NCBI GenBank assembly: GCA_046563655.1 | Contig: CM102288.1 | Location: 6,324,001 to 6,388,000 of the forward strand | Reading direction: 5' to 3' | DNA from: Yuukianura sp. NJ FZ-2021 | Lineage: Eukaryota | Length of the DNA: 64,000 nucleotides | Shown here: positions 24,801-36,109 of the stretch, piece after piece | Numbering within the stretch: the stretch's first letter is position 1 | Layout of the letters: the number at the start of each line of letters is the position of its first letter | Notes under the pieces: generated by a model | Seen by the model: the letters and a program-made list of their open reading frames with translations, nothing else | Told to the model about the DNA's origin: nothing | Database searches by the model: none | Position numbers and translations under genes: made by a program

Positions 24801-27343
24801 GAAAAGTGTAAGTTTGAGCCCACTTGACTTCTGCGTCCGTCGTCATGGACAACGTAGTTCTGGAGTGTCCACTGGAACTGGACTAACTGTGGATCCACTG
24901 TCACTCCGCATGGCAACACCACGTTTCGATCTCCATCTAGACGCGTCACCACTCCGCTCATGGCAACAAATTCAAAATCGGCTGTGATCTTGCCTGTAAA
25001 TTGGAGTTAATTTGTAAGTCAATTTACTTATCGGTTTCAGTAGTTGGTAAACAACTTTTTACGGTTTTACGTTTTTACATTTACAAGAGTGGCAGGAAGA
25101 TGGTCATATTTTGGCGGATGAGGATGGGGGGTAGGATTTTGGGGGATTTTGAAAGTAGTGGTGGTGTGTTTTGATTGAAAATGTTGTGCTGGGGAGATGC
25201 AGACGCTGTGTTTTGGGAAGGGGGAGATAAAACGTCTATGGTAATAAACTAGGTTACATTAAACCCCCTCTTTCTCCCTCTCAATTTCACTCTGGCACAA
25301 ATACCACTTATGTTTCTGCCGGCTAAAAGTGGCTGCAATGGAATGTCATAGTGACTAGCCGGCTAAAAGCGGCCAGAAGCAAAAACAACGCTGCCCAAAG
25401 CTGCTTAAAACTTTTGTTGTTATCATGGCTGTCAAAAATATGTATAAGAATTTCATAAATATCTCCTTCCACACCTTAGTTAAGCTTGGAAACGTTAACA
25501 AATTTCTGATTACTGCAAGCATTTCATTTCTGCCGGCTGAAACGTGACTTTTGAGCAGCGTATTTTGCAGATATTTTTGCTTCCTCTGATTATTATGAAG
25601 TTGCATTTTTGGCCGGCAGAAACTTAACTCTTGACTACAATACTTTGCACATATTTTCGATACCTCTAGTTATTACAAAATTTCTGTTTTTCTCGCAGAA
25701 GCTTGAGTTTTGACCAAAGAAAATTAAATTACTTAATTCCCGAAACGTTAAAAATTTAGTAGGAAAATCACTCTTACTAAATAACACAATTCCAAATTCC
25801 AAAAAGTTAAAAATTTAGTAGGAAAGGAAAATCACTCTTTCTAAATAACATAATTCTAAATTCCAAAAAGTTAAAAATTTAGTAGGAAAATCACTCTTTC
25901 TAAATAACATAATTCCAAATTCCAAAAAGTTAAAAATTTAGTAGGAAAATCACTCTTTTTAAATAACAATTCCAAATTACAAAAAGTTAAAAATTTAGTA
26001 GGAAAATCACTCTTTTTAAATAACATAATTCCAAATTACAAAAAGTTAAAAATTTAGTAGGAAAATCACTCTTTTTAAATAACATAATTCCAAATTACAA
26101 AAAGTTAAAAATTTAGTAGGAAAATCACTCTTTTTAAATAACACAATTCCAAATTCCAAAAAGTTAAAAATTTAGTAGGAAAATCACTCTTACTAAATAA
26201 CACAATTCCAAATTCCAAAAAGTTAAAAATTTAGTAGGAAAGGAAAATCACTCTTTCTAAATAACATAATTCTAAATTCCAAAAAGTTAAAAATTTAGTA
26301 GGAAAATCACTCTTTCTAAATAACATAATTCCAAATTCCAAAAAGTTAAAAATTTAGTAGGAAAATCACTCTTTTTAAATAACAATTCCAAATTACAAAA
26401 AGTTAAAAATTTAGTAGGAAAATCACTCTTTTTAAATAACATAATTCCAAATTACAAAAAGTTAAAAATTTAGTAGGAAAATCACTCTTTCTAAGTAACA
26501 TAATTCCAAATTCCGAAAAGTTAAAAATTTAGTAGGAAAATGACTCTTTTTAAATGACATAATTCCAAATTTCAAAACGTTAAAAAGTTAGTAACGAGCA
26601 TTTTTCGGATATTTCTGGCCGCTCTGATTACTATACAACTTCTTTTTTGCCGGCAGAAACGAGAGTTTTGACCAGAGTTTGTGGCGGAAAGGGGAATGTT
26701 GGAAGAATGCCGTGTTTAGTTGGAAAATAGACTGCGTACCCCTCGTGGGTTAAATTTTATGAGCGGGTGAGTCATTGGTCGTAAAAGGAGGGCTTTCACT
26801 TTGGTTGGAGTGAAAGTGGGCCATTAACATCCGAATGGAGGGGATTGATTACTGCGGGAGGAGGGAGGGGGTAAAGAAACCCCCTCCGATTGTTGGATCC
26901 ATGTAGCATTACACCCTCCTTCCAGATGCTAGTGTCTTTTACACATGCACTCCAAACTAGAATGAGCAAGGGGGAAGTTGAATGACTTTCACAATCTACA
27001 CAAATCCATCTCAGCTCAAAAGCTTTTTCCTTACACAAACACATTTTGCAAATGGATTACACACGGATTTACAACAAAAAGTTTCATTTCATACTCTTCA
27101 CAGTCAAACTTTTTTCAAAATTTTTTGGCTCTTTTGAATTTGGCTCTGAAGAAGAGCAATTTTCGAGTCGTTTTGGGACTGAAAGGTATAGGTTGAGGAA
27201 TGGAATTCAAAAATTTGTTGAAAGTGAGTGGACTTGGAAGTTTGAAATTTCAAATTTGAAATGGTGAAAATTAAAATTTTGGGATGCTTACCGAACAGAA
27301 TGAAGAGCGTGATTGGTTGAAGTAGGGCAGGAGTTGAGAACAT
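15811..27343 (-). CDS. PTK7: PTK7/off-track-like receptor tyrosine pseudokinase (signal peptide, multiple Ig domains, TM, pseudokinase), about 17 exons
   Basis: Signal exon 27292-27343 (MFSTPALLQPITLFILF|gtaag) joins in phase to an Ig exon near 24698-24993. Further Ig exons lie near 23.4k, 23.0k, 22.8k, 20.5k, 20.2k, 19.4k, 18.9k, 18.6k, 18.3k and 17.5k. TM exon reads TVWITLSVAAGYMLLVVGLMLWC. Kinase exons contain GHGNYGEV, HKDLATRN, ANP in place of DFG, and PLRWLSPEA..KSDIWSFG. Confidence 0.92.
25312..26660. mobile_element. Inverted-repeat-bounded non-autonomous element carrying an internal tandem array (PTK7 intron 1)
   Basis: gtttctgccggctaaaag at 25312 and ttttttgccggcagaaac ending at 26660 are inverted copies. 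Further copies of the motif occur near 25527, 25610 and 770. Confidence 0.55.
25747..26594. repeat. 59-bp minisatellite, about 14 units, with a 416-bp (7-unit) higher-order repeat
   Basis: Unit gttaaaaatttagtaggaaaatcactctttttaaataacataattccaaattacaaaaa. Diagnostic variants (cttacta, +5 ggaaa insertion, -2 deletion) recur 416 bp apart. Confidence 0.97.
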
Positions 27344-27977
27344 TGTCCTAAAAGCGAGTAGCTGCGTGTTTTAGTGAGTTGTGTGTGGGGCTGCTCCACG
27401 AATGCAACTGATCTTCCAGCGTGACGCTGCTTCCTGCTTTCTTCTTTTTCTCGGAGAGAAGTTGGGCTAAAGCGGAATTCGGAGTTTTCGGAGTTTATGG
27501 AAGTGGGGAGTCTTGTGTTAAGAACCCATTCATAATTATTACCCTCACCACCCTTCGCCATGTACTCTCCGTCAACCCTAGAAATCACACCAAAAATTTC
27601 CAAGGACAGGCATACCCTAACCAATTCTTCAAATTTCTGCAAAAAATTCAGAACGATTTCAATTTTCTTTTAAAGTTGCTTTATGCTTTCCTTGCTTCTT
27701 GTTGCATTTTCACTGCGAGGTCACCGGAAACTTGAAGGAAAACGAAAATGGTGAATTTCAGGAGAAAATTTTGCAGTTCCTGCTGTTGAAGGAAAAATGT
27801 TTGGTGTGTTTTCCTGCATTTGAAACCGCATCCGGCTTTTGAGGGATTTTGAAGGAACAGGAGATACTATAAGTAGATGCGGAAATTTCAGTTTCTTTAG
27901 GTGCAAAAAAGTTTAGAAATTTTCCATTTTCGAAATTTTTTTTTTAAACTTATATTTTTGATCTCGACTGTGGAAAG

Positions 27978-28329
27978 ATGAAGACATGCTTAGTGATTCT
28001 GGTGGTTTTTGCGGTGGCACTGATGGTGGTCCCATCGGAAGGTCAAAGTTATGGCTATCGACAGCGTAAGACAATGACTGTTTGAGTTTTATTTTAAATG
28101 TGAATTATTTAAAATGTAATCTAAATTGTTTAAAATGTGGTGTAAATTGTTTAAAATGGTGGTTATGTGCATGGTAGCTCCAAGATATGGAGGATGCCCA
28201 ACGTTTAGAAGCGGTGGACCGTGTGACTATTCGTACCAAGTCGGACACTGCAGAAACTCCCGCCAATTGGCATGCAGGCCAGGTCAGTCCTGTTGTCAAG
28301 ACAACTGCGGCAAATGGAATTGCTACTGA
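27978..28329 (+). CDS. Secreted single-WAP (four-disulfide core) domain peptide, crustin/waprin-like, 79 aa
   Basis: Exon 27978-28065 (MKTCLVILVVFAVALMVVPSEGQSYGYRQ, signal peptide) joins exon 28178-28329 (PPRYGGCPTFRSGGPCDYSYQVGHCRNSRQLACRPGQSCCQDNCGKWNCY*). The 8 Cys follow the WAP pattern GxCP..C..C..C..CC..CG..C. Confidence 0.8.
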
Positions 28330-29250
28330 ACATCACTTTTCACATGTCAAAATCAAATTCAAATTCAAAATTTAGTTAAATACGGTCATAATTCAATTAA
28401 AATGTGAAAACCTTACTTGCAAACCTGCGAAAACTAAGTTTGTTTTGCATGAAAATTTTTGAAATTTAGGAATTTTTTTTTGGAAATTCACTCCCACGAC
28501 TGGTTGTGGTGTCAATAAATTTCCCAAGGTTCTATGCCACTTCAAGGTCACTTCTCAACTCAAAAGTTAACTATGAATAAAATTTGGGAAGTTCCGGCGA
28601 AAAGTTCATTCTTTTGAGGAAAATTTAAAAAACAAATCTTAAATGGACTAATTTAGATTAGTCGATTTAACTTTTGGGCATAATTATCCTGGTTTTCGCA
28701 ATCACCAGAAGTGTAATTGAGTTCGATGCATATCACTAACTTCACAGAGGAATTCCAACGCATCAGTCTAAAAAAGAGTTTTTTAGTTCGAATCTTGAGG
28801 TAAAATCGAAGAAAATATTTCGAGGTTTTAGACAGGAAAAATTAAAAACGATTAAAGTTTTCCTTGATAAAGCGTTAACGGATTGTACATTTCCAAAATT
28901 TTGAAATTGTAGAATGTGGGAATGTCCAATTCAAAGATTTTATTTTCCGCATCATATTTGCATAAGAATTTGTTTTTTCACACCGTTAAAATCCATTTCG
29001 CAACAAATCTCAAAAAATCTCCATGAAGTTGTGGGAAAACGTTTCCTAAATGAGTGTAAAGTTACGACTTATTCACAGTTTACTAAAAAGCTTTTTGTAT
29101 AAAAGCTCAATTTTCAAAATTCAGCTCCACCACAAAGCTTCAAAACCAAAACCGTAAAGAGTACTAAAAATTTCTTAAAATTTTTATACCAAAACCTGTT
29201 TTAAATTATTATACTAAAGAATTCGAAAAATCTTAAAAACAACTAAAACT

Positions 29251-30585
29251 ATGCAGTGGACATTGAAGATCGATTTGGGGTCAATTGAGAATTCCAAGTA
29301 CGGGAGTGCCTTAAACCTCAAAGCGGAGATTCCGCTGTTACCGAATTCCACATTCGAGTATCCCGATATCGTCAAGGACACTGAGCGGTTCGACCGAATT
29401 GCTTCGAAACTGATCACCAAATTTGAAAAGTTGGCTGGGAAAACGAAGGATGTTAAATTTGAAAAGCAGATTCGGTCTGCCATTTGCATGGCAGCATGCC
29501 AATCGTCCCAGAGCGACTATGATGAGTGTGCTGGACTGCGGGCCATGATCGATGTCAACGTGATGGGCTTTGTGATCGACGATGTCGTGGATGCGATGAT
29601 TCAAATTCAAAATGGCACAAACAACTACAAAATGTTCGGCGCGTTTGCTCAAAATTTGGGCCGTGAAGATTTGGACTACGGGAAGTACATGGACGGAGTG
29701 ATCGGAAACACGAATGGGTCCGAAGATGCCGGTTGTCTGGACGAGTTCTTCCGTCTGTTTGGAATGTTCAACGCATGTGCAGTGGAACTGATCAAACATG
29801 CTTCCAACCATGACGAAATCCAGCATCTGAAAAGAGAGTGGATCGACTGCGCAGAAGCACACTTCTTCCATTTGGCTGGAAAACTCTCTCCTGCTGAGAA
29901 CTTTTCACACATCAGCTACAGCCGGCAGCTGAGCCAAGCTGTACATGGAATGCGTTGGACACTTGCCCAGGTTCTGCTCTACACTCCAGGTCAGTTTTGA
30001 GTAGAACATGATAGCTCAGTGGTTAGAACTCCTCCCGGATTGAACAGATGTGGGTTCGAGTCCCACTCGGTGCTTTAATTTTTCTGCACTGTCATTCTTT
30101 GTCTCTCTAGTAGTAATGTGAGCCCTGAATCTGACAAATCCAGAAATCCTAAAACTGGAAATGAAATGAGAATTTTTGAAATGTTGGCAGGGTGTTACGT
30201 ACCGGAGGATGTGAGAAAGACGCTGCTGTTCCGAATGATGATGAATGCACATGGAAATGGTACTGCATTTATCAATGCTATCATTGGTATGCGTAAAGAT
30301 GTGGAAGAGGATACTCCGATGGACACTCCGATCCTGCATAACGTCATTGGCCGTGGAATGACTCTGCAGCAGGCTTTTGACGATGCTGTGAACTGCATGA
30401 AAGCGGAGATTAGTGACCTGCACTTAGCTCTGGAGATCATGGGTGCTACGTATGGAGATGTCGAAGGAGTGGACGAGTATCTCAAAACGGTGGAACTCAA
30501 CTTCATGGGTACTTGTTTGTCTTATGCTTTGGCACCGCTCATGGCACGATACCCGGGTGTGTCCGTCGTGGCAACCAAAGAGTAG
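29251..30585 (+). CDS. Microbial-type class I terpene synthase-like protein, 2 exons, 377 aa
   Basis: join(29251-29989, 30191-30585) is in frame with a phase-1 GT-AG intron. It has DDVVD (DDxxD), a candidate pyrophosphate-sensor R in YSRQLSQA, an NSE-position variant NAIIGMRKD, the GMTLQQAFD helix, and a C-terminal RY. Confidence 0.8.
30004..30073 (+). pseudogene. tRNA-like sequence (pseudo-tRNA or SINE head) inside the terpene synthase intron
   Basis: A box TAGCTCAGTGG at 30012 and a perfect T-arm gtgggTTCGAGTcccac; anticodon and acceptor arms are degenerate. Confidence 0.65.
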
Positions 30586-30758
30586 GATTTGTCTCTTTAC
30601 ATTCCTTAGGTAAGTTTGATCATGAGTTTCATGAGTAATTGAAACATTCGATTAATCTGAACCCAAAAGAGTAAATTTGACATGATTTATTTACCGAATT
30701 CATGAATCACCTGATAATAAAAGTGGAGTTAATTAAAAGTAGGAAAGAATGAGAGTGT

Positions 30759-31239
30759 CTAGTACTGTTTGGTGGCCAGGAAGGCTGAGATGGACTGTAC
30801 TTGTTGAGTGATTTGGAAGGCAATGTCCTTGGCAATGTCGTACTTGTCGTCTTGATCTTGAGTGGCGTTCATGAGGTCCACACGTCGCATGATCTCAGCC
30901 AGTCTCCTTGGGGTTTCAATCCAGTCGAACGTTGGAACCGTTCCTTCTGCTGGCTGACGAAAAGTGGCAGATTGATTGTTCTCTGCATCTGAAAAGGCAT
31001 AAAAAGTGGTGAAAACGGCAGGATAAATTAAACTTTCTTGACCTAAGCTATGCATAAAACATCGCAATTTGAATAGCAGATGTATCTTCGAACAATGGTT
31101 AGAATTAAGCGATGATCCATGCAATGTCATGTAATGCTTGGTGAACCTTACCGCCACCGCCAGACTTTGTCGTGGTAAACTCCACCAGCTTCTTCAATTT
31201 TTGTCCCAGATCAACGGCTTGCCCTTCCTTTGAGGTCAT
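30759..31239 (-). CDS. Small hypothetical protein, 2 exons, about 105 aa
   Basis: Exon 31152-31239 (MTSKEGQAVDLGQKLKKLVEFTTTKSGGG, G|gtaagg) joins exon 30759-30988 (ttttcag|AT GCA..) in frame. No family recognised. Confidence 0.6.
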
Positions 31240-32011
31240 TTTGGTTCCTTGACTTGGCAATCGTTCAATTAATCGATTAATTCAGGAAGAAGAAACACGG
31301 AGGGAACGAATACGAACGTTGTACGGTCCAGTTGTTCTTCAGATATGGATTTGAAATGGAGAAATCATCAGCGTGGTTGTGGTTGACAGGACGGAACCCC
31401 AATTATTGTAACCATACAGTTTCACTAGTAAGTGAAGTGGTAAGTGTATTGTTATACTGTAAGGTAAAGTAATTGTATTGTTACATTGTTAGGCAAAGTA
31501 AGCGTAATGCTGAAGTAGTATTGGACTTATCTTGAAGTTAAAAATTTCACTGCTACTAACTGGAGGTGGCTACCCTGGTGAGTACAATTAGTACCGGTAA
31601 TGCTTGAGTCAAGCGACTCATGAGTACTTGATACGGAATTTCACACTATTCTGAGGAATAGTGAACTCATTTGAACTATATAGTAATAGCAGCTGTACGT
31701 ATAGTTCAAATCAGACACCTTTATACTAAACAAAAATAAGAAAACAAACATTAAGTTACGTCAAGTATCCGTCATCGCTCAATTAATTACTAATTGGCTT
31801 CACTACTCAACTATGTAGTAAGGTGAAAGTCCTATTCATCTGGTGTCTTTGGTCTTATAGGGTAAGGTTAAGTATGTTCAAATATCCAAGACCTCATTTT
31901 TATCAACGAAGTTTCACATTCTGAATTCTATTGGTTTTACAGGACTAGAACTGCAGCATACTGTACTAAGAATGACCATTGGCTAGGAACCAGGACAGGG
32001 AAAGGACCAAT

Positions 32012-35000
32012 ATGGCGGAGGAAGGGGAAGAAGACAAGTCTTTTGCCAAGTACCTCAAGAAGCCTTTGTACTACTGGGTAAGTTCAAGCTAAGTAATCAG
32101 AGTACTCGCTCTTTAGTTGTAAGCTTATCACTTTAATCACGTTGTTTTACTCTAATTTCTGATCCAATGGTATTATTGTTGTTCCAGATCCAGCCTTTCG
32201 TTAGCTTTGACCTATTACGGGAGGACACTTTAGCCGCTATCGCCGGGAGCGATGTTCTACAACAAGTCCTCCAGTTTCTGTAATTTTACTTGCAACTTCT
32301 GAACAATTGAACTAATTGAATAGTTACTTGATGTTAACACTGTTTATGTCTTCACAGGGAGATACAAACAGCTGAGATACCATCAGATAGTTGGTTGTCG
32401 TCACTTCCTGGATCATTTGATGAAGACACGGCAAGTGTCCACTCTGGACGTCCAAAATTCGACAATAATATTAGGGAGAAGACCAGGAAGCTGAGTGGAA
32501 TTTGTAAACTCGTACGTCGGCACTACTTTGACCAATTTGACATTTTGCTCCTCGTTCCACCCCCAAACGTTCTACAAATTGCCACTTTGTGTGAAAAATG
32601 TGGAGTTGCTGAAATGGAAAACGTGCTTCGTTTGCTCCTGGGAGCAGCGGTTTACGGACATAAGAAGCAGGAAGTCATGAGGACAATCCGAGGGTTCCCG
32701 TTTGGTGTTCAGGAACAACTTATACAGGAAATCAAACAAGTAAGTCAATCAATCAATTTTTATAGCAAATATTGGAGGTTCTAACATCAAAAAACACCTT
32801 TAAAACCTTTTACTCTCTATTTTTAAGATCACGGAGTCACCTGACTTGGTTAAACTGAAGTCGTGGACTGACTTTCGTGCTTTGCCTGAAGCTGACCAAC
32901 AACAAGTTTATGAAAACATGAAACGACAATGTCAACTACTCGTGGGAGAGAGGGATGCGTCAATTGAAGTAAGAACCAACGTTTAATTAACATTTAAACC
33001 GATAATTATTTCGAGAGACTCGTATTTCAAGCATTTACTTTATTCAGCGTCTACGATTTGTGGAATTCGGTTTTGGAGTGACAAAGTGTGAGGCGATGGG
33101 GAGCCATCTGAATCAATATGACTTCAACAAATCACACGACTTGGACAAAGGAGACAAAAACAACTGTGGAACTCTGAGACAACTTAAGGAAGAGCTGTAA
33201 GTTTCCTTTACGTTGATTATTCTTATAATTATTATGAATTAAAACTTTTAATTACGTGTAATTACTATTTAAAACTTGTTTTTTTGACAGGTCAGAGAAG
33301 TCTGAGTTGCTCAAAGAATGTCGTCATGAGTTGGAGGTTACCAAATCAAAATTAGACGAACTAAACCAGGAAGTGAGCATAAACAGCTGATTTGCCAACC
33401 ATAAATAACAATTTTACCGCAACATGTAACTTTCACTTGCTAACTTAATCTTTTGATTTTTTTTAGATGAACGAAATGCGGAGTCAGTTGAAGAGCTACA
33501 AGTCGAGTCGTGATGAATTTGATATTTTGAGGGAGGGGCAAGAGAAGGCTGTTCGACTCGAAGCCGAACTGAGCCGAATGAGGAAGAAGTTGGAGGAGTC
33601 TGAGCAATACTACGAACAGACACAGATTCTGGAGAATGAAAACAAGTAAAACACACATTATTTAAGTACTAGCTAATTGATTTCACAAAACTTTACAAGA
33701 TTTAACTCCTGTTTTGTAGAGTGTACCAAAGGAAACATGCGATTCTGACTGACAGGATCAACGTCCTCACAGTGGAGAACGAGCGGCTGGAACTTTCACT
33801 TCTGACCCACCAGTCCCACCGGAGTCCATTTCCACACATCAGTTCTCCCTTCATTTCATTCGAACAACCACCTACAAGTATTTCTTATACACCGAATCTC
33901 AACAGTTTCACGGAGGAATTACTGCTGGACTCGGATGGAGATAGAGCAGCTACCAAAACGGAAACGAAACTGCAATCTCTGGATTCCAGTCCTGATGTTC
34001 AAAAAAATGAAAAACCTTCGTCGTCAAAACCAACAGCTCCAGCATTGAACTGTGAAGAATCAGAAAAGCGAAATGTGGAATGTGAAACGCCAACTTCAAA
34101 GTTACGACCACAAAAAGAGAGAAAAAACGCTGGACCGAAACGGAGTAAACGCAGAAGCGGTGCAGTTCATGGGAAGAGGACCAAGAAAACATCGCTGTTT
34201 CCTCCAGCGAAGGTGACGCTGCAGAAAGTACGAGCACTGGAACAACTGACCACAAATGTGCAGCAGCATCCGCCATCTGAGGTAAGAAAGTTTGAATGTA
34301 CTAAAAAATTTTATGTTGTTTTTATTAAATTTTTTAGTATTCGGATTTGTGAGGGATGCCTAATCCACTGATTTTTTTGACAGGAACCGAAATTCATTAC
34401 GTCCATGGACAAACACGGCATTCGAGAACCTGAAGTCATAGTTACCTCCTCCATTGGATCCAAAGATGAGCAACGGACAGAAGAAACTCATAGAAACTCG
34501 GACTCCAAGCACATCATCCATGATTCTGAGAGTGACGCTGATGCCGAGCTGAGTCAAAGTCCACAACGCAGCGATTCGGATTTTGAAATCCCAAAGTTGG
34601 GCCGACGTCCAGCGCAGGTCCAACAATCGCTTGAACCAGAAGGATTTGGAAGTGAAGATGAACTGTTCTTCGTCTGCTCCACCAATCAGGCTCCGTCCAT
34701 CGCCGTCCATCCGTCCATCGCCAGAAATGTCAGAATCTTCGGTTCGTCCAGAGACTCATCCGTCCTATTTCGTCCTAACCAGAACCAGTCTGGACGAGAC
34801 ACACTTTTGGGCAGTCACTCACTCATGTCACATCCCACTGTCCCACTTTCTGTCAACATTCAGTTGAAGCAGAGACAGGAGTTGACTGTAGGCAGAGACA
34901 TAGGTGGGATTAGTTCAATTCAAAACCATCCAATCACAGATCAGGATTCGTTCATCGCCCGGGAGAATCGAACTGGCGTCTGCGGAATCACGACGGACGA

Positions 35001-35043
35001 GGAAGATGACGACTCCATTTGGTACGAGTATGGATGTGTCTAA
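32012..35043 (+). CDS. Girdin/Daple (CCDC88) Hook-related protein, shortened and divergent, about 9 exons
   Basis: Hook-like domain (EMENVLRLLLGAAVYGHKKQEVMRTI..VQEQLIQEIKQIT), Girdin-like coil (SSRDEFDILRE..RLEAELSRMRKKL) and the Daple-type C-terminal PDZ-binding motif IWYEYGCV*. Confidence 0.8.
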
Positions 35044-35448
35044 TAGAAATAAGCGCACAGCACAGCACAATCTAAACTAAAACTAATTACGTAATTACTA
35101 AGGAAGCAATTCCAGGTAATTAACTGAGTAATTCAAGTAATTACTGGAGTAATTACACATTGTAGTGAGTGGTAGGAATCAGTACTTTTTTTACATTTTG
35201 GGAATAAATGGTGTCAATACAGTTGAATGAAGGTGTTTCTGTCCGGGGAAATCTGATTGTAGACTCGGATTCAGCGACTCAAAATCTATGTGAATACACT
35301 TTCAAAAATGGGTTTTTCAAATTTCCGTTTTTCTAAAAAAACTAGTTTCGAATTTCAAAGTGAAAAAGTTGAGTAGAAAAGCGAAAAGGACATCCGTGTT
35401 TGAATTTTGATTCGAATGCTAATTTATTGAGCGTAGGAAACTATACTA

Positions 35449-36109
35449 CCGTATTTCCTTGACTACAAGCCGCGGCTTTTCTAAGAAATTTCGGAAAATT
35501 TTGAAAAAAAAACTTCCTCTTTTCCTGAAAACTAAAGATTTTTTTAATCAAGAGTAGGAATTGTGTGAGAACATACTAGACTCTACGTTAAACTGTTCAA
35601 ATCTAGTGTCAATTCATCAAATCCATCAAATAATTCGTGATGTTCTTGGGTATCTGAGTCTGTCTCTTCCTCCGACTTATCAGAATCTGCTGGCAAAATA
35701 TTTTTCTTTTCGTAGATTTGTAGTCCAGCTTTATTAAAACCATTTTGGATTGCTGGAACACTGATAACTGATCTCCTTCGCAGACAGTCGAAAACCCTGA
35801 AACTTTTTTTCTCAGAGCCAGTGGTAACCTAGGCTCTCCGACAGACCAGAAGCTTAAATTCTGCTGTGTACGATTTGCGAGTTACCTTTGGTGTCACATC
35901 CATCGTTAAAAACTTAAGAGTTATACTGATGTTGGAAATTAATTATATTAATTAATACTAAGAAATTAACTTGACCGCAAGGGTAAGAAACCATGTGTGA
36001 AATCTCAGTTCTTAACTTTAAACTACAGGTTTTCGCGCTATTAAGGTATTTTTGAGAATTTCTTGGTGCGGCTTATACACGAGTGCGGCTTATAGTCAAG
36101 GAAATACGG
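35449..36109 (-). mobile_element. Internally deleted pogo-like (Tc1/mariner superfamily) DNA transposon
   Basis: TIRs CCGTATTTCCTTGACTA(C/T)AAGCCGC with TA on both sides. Minus-strand remnants: MDVTPKVTRKSYTAEFKLLV (Brinker-like DNA-binding start, then a stop) and IQNGFNKAGL..DSDKSEEETDSD (transposase C-terminus-like). Confidence 0.9.

Noticed and set aside
25747..26594. CRISPR-like regular repeat
   Set aside because: Units are contiguous with no unique spacers, no cas genes are present, and the context is a eukaryotic intron.
29338..29871. Antisense ORFs overlapping the terpene synthase and other real exons
   Set aside because: These are shadow frames of coding sequence with no independent support.
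30004..30073. Functional tRNA gene
   Set aside because: Acceptor and anticodon stems do not pair properly; kept only as a tRNA-derived element.
12918..30585. Bacterial or fungal contamination explaining the two microbial-type genes
   Set aside because: Both have introns of the same style as neighbouring animal genes, contain repeat-like insertions and are interleaved with Slo2, PTK7 and CCDC88-like genes. Read-level confirmation is still needed.
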